DNA of 64,000 bases, from NCBI RefSeq assembly GCF_902459465.1, contig NC_047062.1, positions 31,434,001 through 31,498,000 of the forward strand, in the 5' to 3' direction. Of the stretch, positions 37,701-45,800 are shown in pieces. Position 1 is the stretch's first letter, and each line of letters opens with the position of its first letter. Position numbers and translations under genes: made by a program. The notes beneath the pieces are model-generated. The model saw only the letters and a program-made list of their open reading frames with translations, did not search any database and was not told the DNA's origin. This DNA comes from Asterias rubens (Eukaryota).

Positions 37701-40003
37701 TGGTGTACTTTTGGTGTATTTGTTGCCTGCACCAAAAGTGCACCGTTACAAAACCCGCCAATAGACACCAAAAAAGCACCAATAAAGCACCAAATTGCTT
37801 TAGTCAATTTACAGCTTGCACCAATAATGCACTGGATATACTTAGTTTAAATCAAGCTAGACCAATAAAGCACCAAATTGTCTTTGTCAATTTACAGCTT
37901 GCACCAATAATGCACCAGTGTCATCACCTTCATGGTGTCATGTAGATACATGTTTTGTTTTTACACATTTTCCAGCTCTGGCCAGAGATAGATTTTTGAT
38001 AATTTTTGTGTGCCGTCTTTACAGGCAATTGGGGATTACATTTGAGCGTCATTAATCATTGGTGGCATTAGTTGTTGCTTCATTGCTTGTTAATGCGGGT
38101 GATCCAACAGCAGTTGCAAACAGCTTCATTAATTAGTCCCATGTTGTTGTTCAACATTTTGTATGTTGTACATACCCCATGTATTGCTGTGTTCATTGTG
38201 TAGACTGTGCAAGTCTCTTGTTTAGCCTAACACTTGTTAGTACCATTGGTTTCCACGTATTTATTATAAGTTATCACACAAGCGCGAGTGGAATACGGAA
38301 AAATATAGTGCTTCTGCATCCCATATCCAACAAGGCTCTTCAAGCAAACTTGACGCGTGACATAGAACACACAATACGCATGGTAGTGATATTAGCCGTG
38401 CAGTATAGGTTTTTATCACCACTCCATTCTGCCAATCTGATTGGAGGATTAGCGCGTACTTGAAGATAAACGTATTTATGACACTGCTTTAAAAGCAAAC
38501 AGCCTGTGCTGCAAAATATGTAGCGCACTAAGCTAATCAATCACAAGAACCAAATCTACCCTCACAGGTACCCATTTACCACTGGGTGGAGAGAAGCTTA
38601 TGGTTAAGTGTCTTGCTCAAGGACATAAGTGTCAAGACTGGGACTTGAACCCACACTCTGCTGAAAAGAAACTCCAGAGCTTGAGTTCGGTTAGGGTTAG
38701 CTTATCCGCTACCCCCTCGGATGAATACATTCATGAGCGATTTTGTGATCGACCTCTCAAATTAATGAATGAATGAATGAGTAAAACCAAGAAAATTGCA
38801 CCATGAGCTGTTTCCCATTTTAATTGTAGAGTATATAATCTTGCTCCATGCGCTGAAGGCCATGTCACACAAGCCAATTTACAGGCAACCAGTTCCAGGC
38901 AATATCTTTTATAAGAACAGCCATTAGTTTCATCTTTAGCTTTCTCACTATTTCCTGGAGAAAGTGAATTACAGCTAAAAGAGTTTTTCATAAACTGCTA
39001 AAGTGTTCCTGGTGCACTCATTGCAGCTGGTAATTGCCTCCAAGTTACCATGTCTGACATGGCCTTTAATAAGTCATAACAGTAACATCCGGTTCAGACA
39101 GGTGCTCCAGAGTCGCACCAAACCAAATTCTGATTTAAGTACATGACAAGTTTGACGTCTGAAACAATAAGGAGCGACTGGACATGCTAGAAGTCGATAG
39201 ATTGACTGTTGCTGTTTCGGAAACGACGCCTTTGTTTCAGATGTCAATCTTATCATGAGCTGAGCCATATAGATGTTTGTTAAGTTTGCCTGTCTGAAAC
39301 CAAAATGTATTTGTGTCGACCTAGAGTAGGCCACACTTAATAAACCTCATCACTTCACCACTCACCAAGGGTGAAAACATTCTGAACCTTTTCTTCATGT
39401 GTGGTTAAACCTTAACTTGTAAATCATCGTTGCTTTATCTCTTTCTCTTTTATCCAGAAAAAGTTTTCAGTGGTAGCGCCGATGCCCTATATGCAAGCCC
39501 CATTGTCTCCGCTTCAAGCTGTTCCGACGAGGTGCCACCAGGCTGTGACGCGTGTTTCATCGGCACCCCTGTCTCCGACCAATGAGAAACCTTGTCTCAT
39601 TGCAAACAGATCACGTGACCACCGCCACGCCCGTTCCATACCATGCCGCAGCACCAAACCCGCAGACGATCTCCCTTACAACAGCTCCCTCGGGCAGAAC
39701 CAACTTCCGTTTCTCGTGAAGCGTGACTTGTTCCTCCTTCTTGATCCAAAGGTGAAAACCGGGAAAGACTGGCGTATGCTCGCCAGTCAACTCGGCATGG
39801 ACATCATGATTAACTCCTTCGATATGCAAATTAACCCCACCATGGAGGTACTGAAGATATTTGAGATCATGGATCGACCAATCAAGGAGTTGGAAGATCA
39901 TCTGCGATACATGGATAGAAACGACGCCGCTGACGTAATCAAAGTACATCTGGAGAAAAACCGGAAGGTAATCAAACCAGTAGTAAACGTGGAAACGAAA
40001 TAA
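19690..40003 (+). CDS. 13-exon gene: ADAP/centaurin-alpha-like pseudo-ArfGAP-PH-PH fused to ZU5-UPA-death domain, 977 aa
   Basis: join(19690-19783,20495-20622,23266-23357,26531-26729,27265-27420,27891-27974,28577-28711,29628-29826,30283-31041,31832-32073,32974-33120,34418-34570,39458-40003) = 2934 nt. All introns GT-AG, all phases match, single open frame ATG to TAA. Confidence 0.85.
20495..20622 (+). CDS. Exon 2, second half of the ArfGAP zinc finger
   Basis: ttgcag|AT GCA...CAG|gtaggt; DAIWACEELGIMVCEECMSMHQLLTKSKFKSVICQDWTEESYQ. Confidence 0.9.
20925..21265. mobile_element. Kolobok-type MITE, end-degraded copy
   Basis: Internal sequence matches 24024-24399, including the atttcgagacctca / gaggtctcgaaat palindrome. 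Confidence 0.8.
22308..23135. repeat. 44-bp minisatellite, about 20 copies (intron 2)
   Basis: Unit ctttctgctctgagctgactgggtctttctaggaccttaaagtc; gctctgag anchors are 44 bp apart from 22578 to 22842; shorter variants at the flanks. Confidence 0.93.
23266..23357 (+). CDS. Exon 3, ArfGAP
   Basis: ttcttgatag|AAT...GT|gtaaga, 92 nt; NMASTNNNVSKEIYENSLSPAFKKPTRCFD aligns with ADAP FMASHGNDAARARFESKVP (recalled). Confidence 0.85.
24024..24399. mobile_element. Full-length Kolobok/T2-type MITE, 376 bp
   Basis: TTAA at 24020-23 and 24400-03; TIR AGGCAGTGGACACTA(C/T)TGGTAATT; internal hairpin. TTAA target plus purine-purine termini fit the Kolobok superfamily. Confidence 0.9.
24775..25098. mobile_element. 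Kolobok-type MITE, opposite orientation
   Basis: Ends aattaccaatagtgtccactgcct|ttaa; interior is the reverse complement of 24024-24399. Confidence 0.8.
26531..26729 (+). CDS. Exon 4, ArfGAP end and PH1 start
   Basis: NFRRQWIIAKYIRREF (ArfGAP FI.AKY motif) then GYLWKRGRDGGLFLRRWFVL (ADAP PH1); donor AAT|gtaagt. Confidence 0.93.
26790..27210. mobile_element. Composite of dispersed non-autonomous repeats
   Basis: The gttcttagagaactgtc / ttctctaagaacaaactctacc family recurs at 28985-29238 and 36640-36850; the ctatctcgagttaggac segment recurs at 28320-28460. Confidence 0.7.
27265..27420 (+). CDS. Exon 5, PH1
   Basis: EQNLRGEISLFQMNMVLASEEKIGHPNGLQLIFPETKGQNTRLIYLYAELAK; KIGHPxGLQ is ADAP-typical; phase 0-0. 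Confidence 0.93.
27714..27815 (+). CDS. Duplicated exon 6a, possible mutually exclusive alternative to 27891-27974
   Basis: Same acceptor ttattcatgactgtttgcag. First 68 nt near-identical to exon 6b, then a novel tail to TAT|gtgaga; 102 nt, phase 0-0. Confidence 0.5.
27891..27974 (+). CDS. Exon 6b, PH1 C-terminal helix
   Basis: DMVEWYQAVRCLKFRIKKETRVEKDEEI|gtgagt, 84 nt; invariant PH-helix Trp present. Confidence 0.9.
28052..28243. mobile_element. PIF/Harbinger-type MITE
   Basis: CTG|GGCCCAAT...ATTGGGCC|CTG: TIR plus 3-bp CWG target duplication. Confidence 0.85.
28577..28711 (+). CDS. Exon 7, PH2 start
   Basis: ISRILRYDILKEGYLLKTGAKGKEAFRKRWMVLDPLCLMYFKDPL, matching ADAP KEGYMEKTGPK...FRKRWF...LMYFKDPL (recalled). 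Confidence 0.95.
29242..29463. mobile_element. GC-rich MITE with 13-bp TIRs
   Basis: tat|GGGTGCGTTTGAT ... ATCGAACGTACCC|tat; 3-bp target duplication. Confidence 0.75.
29628..29826 (+). CDS. Exon 8, PH2 end
   Basis: DANPKGTIP...FFLKTPGRTYHFIAENDHERKAWFQAIHSACNKASG; donor G|gtaaga, phase 1. Confidence 0.93.
30283..31041 (+). CDS. Exon 9, Pro/acidic linker plus ZU5 domain
   Basis: Phase 1-1, 759 nt. Linker has DDYLEF and PHYIEM, followed by LKVPPGAL...VAVCPVVSCC...PFQLEVQHSA, a ZU5 pattern like UNC5 LLVPxGAI...LSPSVTCG...PVILTMPHCA (recalled). Confidence 0.88.
31437..31728. mobile_element. MITE family with CCG(G/T)TTCAGACAG termini
   Basis: ccggttcagaca...cctgtctgaaacgg. Shared core ctccagagtcgc(a/g)ccgaaccaaat recurs at about 2235-2450, 33377-33659 and 39090-39301. 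Confidence 0.75.
31832..32073 (+). CDS. Exon 10, ZU5/UPA junction and UPA start
   Basis: ttttttag|GA AAG...CAT|gtaagt; KWEAVE...GKMVRCMTY...LVVRVYFFDD, like UNC5 WEEV...KRLQLAVF...LRVYCLED (recalled). Confidence 0.88.
32150..32315 (+). mobile_element. tRNA-headed SINE (second family)
   Basis: tagtctagttggta...gggttcaaatcccacccgagt head. Reverse-strand copies at about 9440-9545 and 35545-35710; related heads at 16300-16362 and 25755-25830. Confidence 0.7.
32369..32790 (+). mobile_element. tRNA-derived SINE with CORE-like central domain
   Basis: A/B-box-like gtcatggccg..gttaagagc and gggttcgagtccc. The family segment gtgtccttaagcaagacacttaacc resembles the MIR core gtgaccttgggcaagtcacttaacc (recalled). 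Copies near 31214, 36120, 38570, 51066, 61030 and 61790. Confidence 0.8.
32974..33120 (+). CDS. Exon 11, UPA domain
   Basis: gtatttcag|GAG...ATG|gtaatc, 147 nt; EIQRRENSYSGRLCDISGSFFLPYSQDDILLKLTD. Confidence 0.87.
33665..34380. repeat. 53-bp minisatellite just upstream of exon 12
   Basis: Unit tatcacccagcacgcagatataaccaaccataccacctagttatcacaaacta; anchors 53 bp apart from 33938 to 34256; degenerate flanks. Confidence 0.95.
34418..34570 (+). CDS. Exon 12, UPA C-terminus
   Basis: gtattttacag|AAA...GAG|gtgagt, 153 nt; KVSAHELWHKLLMCYMLEV resembles UNC5 EIPFYHIW...CTFTLER (recalled). Confidence 0.87.
34655..34905 (+). mobile_element. tRNA-derived SINE (third family)
   Basis: ggttggcttgtgcgtaaagcgctcgcctc...ggttcgattcctggcc (B box). 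Reverse-complement copy at about 48985-49200. Confidence 0.85.
35839..36073. repeat. 80-bp tandem repeat, about 3 copies
   Basis: actcctggg units start at 35839, 35919 and 35999, near-identical. Confidence 0.95.
39458..40003 (+). CDS. Exon 13 (terminal), death domain
   Basis: Strong acceptor ctttctcttttatccag, phase 0. LPFLVKRDLFLLLDPKVKTGKDWRMLASQLGMD...NPTMEVLKIFE...MDRNDAADVIK is a UNC5-like death domain (DWRMLA); ends TAA. Confidence 0.92.
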   Translation, partial: KKFSVVAPMPYMQAPLSPLQAVPTRCHQAVTRVSSAPLSPTNEKPCLIANRSRDHRHARSIPCRSTKPADDLPYNSSLGQNQLPFLVKRDLFLLLDPKVKTGKDWRMLASQLGMDIMINSFDMQINPTMEVLKIFEIMDRPIKELEDHLRYMDRNDAADVIKVHLEKNRKVIKPVVNVETK

Positions 40004-40929
40004 AATATGCAAGTTAATTTATGGAGTACTCTCTCTTTTGCGTTTGTAAATATATACTCGTCTGTGAATTGGGCCGTAGACAATGAAAAGAAATGGTTCG
40101 TGGCTGTTTTGTAAAAAAAATATTAATATTTCTTTTTCTCAGTGTACTAAACATCATTGCTTTCATTGAACGTTAATAATTTATATAAACAATCTGTTAT
40201 AAATAACTAAAAGTGTAGATTAAGTTCAACTGAAGTCCAAACTTCAGAGGGACTTTCATGGACACTAAACTTTGTTAGCGCATCATTAGACCAGCTTTGT
40301 ATATTTTGCTTTTAATGTATTAAGCATACAGCTTGTAGCATCACTAGAAACTAAGTTTGTAAGATGATATTTTTCTTTGTAGTGTAGGCAAAACTTTAGA
40401 AGTGCATACCAGAGACTTGTTTTTTAGTAAAAACTATCAAAATTCATCAAAATACTATACGCACAATCAACAAGTCAATGTCCAAAATATTAAATAATTT
40501 ATCTCCTGCAACTAATGTTTTAGTTGTTAAGGAAATAGCAGTACCTAGTACAAGTATCACAGTAGATTATTAGCAGGATCTGTTCCCATAAGAAAGAAAG
40601 GCCTTCACAGTAGCAAAGTTGTCAGTGTCTTTGCACAAGCTTGTGTATATATGGTCGATACATGCATATTGCATTCCTGTAAATTGCAGCTAACATTCGT
40701 GGCCCCCCCCCCCCCCACAAAACAGGGCCAGGTGCTTCCCGACCAAATGGACCAATAGTATAAATGCAAAAAGAAATACTTAATGGTCTGATGTTTGGAC
40801 CCAGGCAGAGCTACATTTGTTGTAAAGTTTATTAACTGATTTTGACCACTAAAGTTGTGCGACGGATAAGCACTTTGAATTTTCATATATTGTTTTATGG
40901 CTGAATTATAAGAAATATAATTAATTTTT

Positions 40930-42895
40930 AGTTTAAAAAAACTGCAAGGGGTTAAACTTGTTCTCTTGACTGATTTGAGACCGTTTTATTTTTCCGCCAG
41001 GTTTTTAAAATGGGCCTATTTTAGCCAGAATTTTTAGTTAAAAAAACTGCAAGGGGTTAAACTTGTTCTTTTGACTGATTTGGGACCATTTTATTTTTCG
41101 GCCAATTCTTAAAAATGGGCCTTTTTGAGCCAGGATTTTTGGTTTAAAAAACTTGTTCTTTTGACTTATTTGAGACCATTTTATTTTTCGGCCAATTTTT
41201 AAAAATGGGCCCTTTTGAGCCAGGATTTTTTGTTAAAAAAACTGCAAGGGGTTAAACTTGTTCTTTTGACTTATTTGGGGCCATTTCATTTTTCGGCCAT
41301 TTTTTAAAAAAGGGTCTTTTTGAGCCAAGATTTTTTGTTAAAAAAACTGCAAGGGGTTAAACTTGTTCTTTCGACTGATTTCGGACCATTTTATTTTTCG
41401 GCCAATTTTTTAAAATGGGCTCTTTTGAGCCAGCACTTTTTGTTTAAAAAAACTGCAAGGGGTTAAACTTGTTGTTTTGACTGATTTGGGACCAATTTAT
41501 TTTTCGGCCAATTTTTAAAAAAAGGGCCTTTTTTAGCCAGGGTTTTTTGATTAAAAAAATGCAAGGGGTTAAACTTGTTCTTTTGACCGATTTGGGACCA
41601 ATTTATTTTTCGGCCAATTTTTTAAAATTTGCCTTTTTTGAGCCAGGATTTTTTGTTAAAAAAACTGCAAGGGGTTAAACTTGTTCTTTCGACTGATTTG
41701 GGGTCGTATCATTTTTCGGCCAATTTTTAAAAAAGGGTCTTTTTGAGCCAAGATTTTTTTGTGAAAAAAACTGCAAGGGGTTAAACTTGTTCTTTTGACT
41801 GATTTCGGACCATTTTATTTTTCGGCCAATTTTTAAAAATGGGCTCTTTTGAGCCAGAACTTTTGGTTTAAAAAACTGCAAGGGGTTAAACTTGTTCTTT
41901 TGACTGATTTTGGGCCATTTCATTTTTCGGCCAATTTTTTAAAAAGGGCCTTTTTTAGCCAGAGTTTTTTTGTTAAAAAAACTGCAAGGGGTTAAGCTTG
42001 CTCTTTTGACTGATTTGGGGTCGTATCATTTTTCGGCCAATTTTTTAAAATTTGCCTTTTTGAGCCAGGATTTTTTGTTAAAAAAACTGCAAGGGGTTAA
42101 ACTTGTTCTTTTGACCGATTTGGGACCATTTATTTTTCGGCCAATTTTTAAAAATTTGCCTTTTTGAGCCAGGATTTTTTGTTAAAAAAACTGCAAGGGG
42201 TTAAACTTGCTCTTTTGACTGATTTGGGGTCGTATCATTTTTCGGCCAATTTTTAAAAAAGGGTCTTTTTGAGCCAAGATTTTTTTGTTAAAAAAACTGC
42301 AAGGGGTTAAACTTGTTCTTTTGACTGATTTCGGACGATTTTATTTTTCGGCCAATTTTTAAAAATGGGCTCTTTTGAGCCAGAACTTTTGGTTTAAAAA
42401 ACTGCAAGGGGTTAAACTTGTTCTTTTGACTGATTTTGGGCCATTTCATTTTTCGGAAAATTTTTTAAAAAGGGCCTTTTTTAGCCAGAGTTTTTTGTTT
42501 AAAAAACTGCAAGGGGTTAAACTGGTTCTTTTGACTGATTTGGGACCATTTTATTTTTCGGCCAATTTTTAAAAATTTGCCTTTTTGAGCCAGGATTTTT
42601 TGTTAAAAAAACTGCAAGGGGTTAAACTGGTTCTTTTGACTGATTTGGGGTCGTATCATTTTTCGGCCAATTTTTTAAAAAGGGTCTTTTTGAGCCAAGA
42701 TTTTTTTGTTAAAAAAACTGCAAGGGGTTAAACTTGTTCTTTTGACTGATTTGGGACCATTTTATTTTTCGGCAATTTTTTTAAAATGGGCTCTTTTTAG
42801 CCAAAGTTTTTTGTTTAAAAAACTGCAAGGGGGTTAAACTTGTTCTTTTGACCGATTTGGGACCAATTTAATTTCGGCCCCAAATCAGTCAAAGA
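40930..42895. repeat. ~105-bp satellite array, about 19 units, with higher-order structure
   Basis: ctgcaaggggttaaac anchors are 104-106 bp apart from 40942 to 42823, with one unit carrying a ~15-bp deletion. Intergenic. Confidence 0.97.
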
Positions 42896-45800
42896 TAATA
42901 ATTATGCAGAAAAAGAAATTAAATTAAAAATAAAATTGAATATATTTTGTACTAAACTATATTTTTCCTAGATTTGTAAATATGCTGTCATTAAAAATAA
43001 TTTAAAGTTGTTGGTTTATACAGGTTAACAATTATTGCAGTAGTTATATACTTATGCTTTTTCATAATATGTACACTAGTTGTTATATTATTAGAAATAT
43101 AAATTAATATCAATGCATTGCCTTATTTTTCACCTATGATTAGTTTTTGTTTAAATCTTATCAGTTAAAAACAGGAGAATACGTTTATTTTGTAAGAAAC
43201 ATAAAAAGGCTGGAAAGCTCTTTTTGGACAATTCCTGTCATAACAGGCGACAAATGTTTGGCTCAATGCACTCTATTTTAAGTAAACAAAACAACAAAAC
43301 TTAGTTCTTCTAAAGCCATATATTTATTCACAGCCAAATTTGAGAATTTTATTTGTTAAAGTTGGGCTGCACAAACAGGCCTTTTGATTTGATGCTGAAA
43401 TATATTTGTATACATGTATACATCTCAACCTTAAGAATTACTTCTAGATTATCTTCCAAAATGGCACAACTCGTGTTGTTAGAAGTCACAGAAAATTCAA
43501 GTGAATAAGTGAAATGATAAAGTACTTGAAGACTATTAAATACAACTCCTTCTCTAGATTGACTTGTGTAGTTATTTTGTAAGATTGTGACCAAGTTAAA
43601 GCTTGCCTGTGAAGTTTATTATTGTTTTTTTTCGCAATATGTGTTGTTTTAAATATTTTAACTTAAGCTATAGCCAGAGATATTAAGCACATAATGACTG
43701 CTTCTTTAATGTATTATTGTAATGGTTTGTACAATAAAGATCTTTGCCAGGCACAATACGAAATCATGCTTATTAAAGTGGTATTCCTTGATGTTTAAAA
43801 CAACTTTTTTATTTACACACAGACTATTTATATATTTCTTTTTTGTTAAAACATCCGCGTCAGATTTACTTGAAAAAATGGTAAACGGCATTGAAAACTA
43901 AAAATAGCTGAAGGCATGTTGATCTCTTTTGCACACATACAATGTGCAATTAATGTTTTTCGTGGGGCGGGAGAGGGCCAGAACGCCCCCCCCCCCCCCC
44001 CACCCAGATGCAGCCTCTGACTATAAAAAAAACCCAGTTATTTTGTACAACAGTCAAGTTACCTTTAATCTTGTTAGATTGAGGAAGGATCCTATTTTTA
44101 ATCACTCAAAGTACGTGGTTATAATATATTTACATAAGAGTATAATTTGGTTTAATTATCAGAAATTTACAACAATACTAATGACTTTGGACCGCCCGGC
44201 GAGTCCAACATGTTTTTAGATTTCTTTTCTTCCAAAATTATCATTTCCTTTTAATTTTCAGACATTTGTCTTTCTACTTGTCATTTTTATAGGCTTTATC
44301 TAGGCTATATCAATTGGAATGGCAAGTGAAATAAAACTATACAATTAATGCCAGAGAAAAAATCTAAAAGTATTTTGTCTCTTAATAAATATATTTTCTT
44401 CTTGTCCAAAGGTGTGGATTTTGGTGAATAATTTCATGGTGACAAACTTTTTGATGAATTCCCAAATCGTCTTTGACAACACGGGGCCCAAAATCATAAG
44501 GCTGCTTAAGCACCGAATATTGTTAAAGAAATATCTGGTTAAAGAAATATCTGCTAAGCAAAAATGGGCAGGATACCTGCCGCTGATGGGATATTTGAAA
44601 CTGACAATTTTCTGACGATTTGTGCCGCAGCGAAAAGGGAGTAAGCACACTTTTTCTTTTGCGCTTAGCTACTTTTTGTGATTAAGCAGCTCTATGAAAA
44701 TGGACCTTGGTGTATTTACCCCCCCCCCCCCCCCAACAAAAGAGGGGGAAAAAAGGACTACAAAAATGAACACCGATTTGAGCCGCAGCGAAAAGTGGTA
44801 AATTTTGGGAAAACTAGGGGGTACCGTTTTTGAAGGGGAGTGGCGGGGGGGGGGGGCACCTTTGATAAATTTCAGTGTAAAAAAAAAATGACAATCCTCC
44901 CATCCAATAACTGGTAAGCATTTTCCAGAGCTCTCGGGTCGTTAAGCGGTTATAAGCCACCCGACACGGGAGGTTCATCACGTCCGAGTTTAAATAATTA
45001 TAAAAAGACATGTTTAAGAGTAATGTTGAGGAATACTAAATTTAAGTGAATAAAATATTATAACTTTTTATCTCATAGTTTTAAGAATTCAAGCCCCCCC
45101 CCCCCCCCCCGGGGGAGGGGTACAGGTATTAATTGGTGAATGTGGGCGCAAGGCCTCGTGTACTAGTTTAAATTCGGTGCCTAAAAATATCACCCTTGCT
45201 AGCCTTGTCGTAATGGCAATTTTAAATTCTTCCCCCCACGATCGGCATGATGGGTCCACGGAAGGACTTGCTCGGGTAAGAACACCATTTTCCAGCAAGA
45301 TTGATGTGTTTTACGGCTGGGTAGGTTTCAATATTGACATTTGACCTAAAAAAGGGTGTGTCAAGCACGGGGTATAGTATAAGAACAAATTGGTACTGTC
45401 CACGTTCGGAATATTCTGGGGTTTGTTTTCCTCCAAACTACAACAGTTTGTAAACCGTCAAATAGTCCAGAATATTGAACGGGATCTTGAGGACAAATTC
45501 AGTGGCGATTTGTGGGCAGAAGAAGGCGACTCTCTCTACAAACTACGAGGCTGTTTTCAGGTAAGCCAAGACAAGACTTCTATTCCAAATTACTGTATCT
45601 GTTTCTTTGAATGTATTTTGATGCACGGAGATTTGCTTCGTTCATAATCAAATTTAAGTAATGTTATGTCTTCGAGAATGACTATGCTGTGCTCGTATGA
45701 CTAATATTTGCAATATTCACTAAGTTCCATGAGAAGTCCAGCAATAATTATCAAGTTTGTTTGAGTGTGTCCACATTGACGACCCGGCCCTAGGCCCCGG

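Noticed and set aside
40930-42895. CRISPR-like or protein-coding array (ORFs 41675-42572)
   Set aside because: Whole units repeat with no unique spacers, no cas genes, and a eukaryotic context; the ORFs are satellite translations.
43300-44650. Short AT-rich ORFs as remnants of a viral or Polinton element
   Set aside because: No recognisable polymerase, capsid, integrase or NS1 motif; lengths are compatible with chance.
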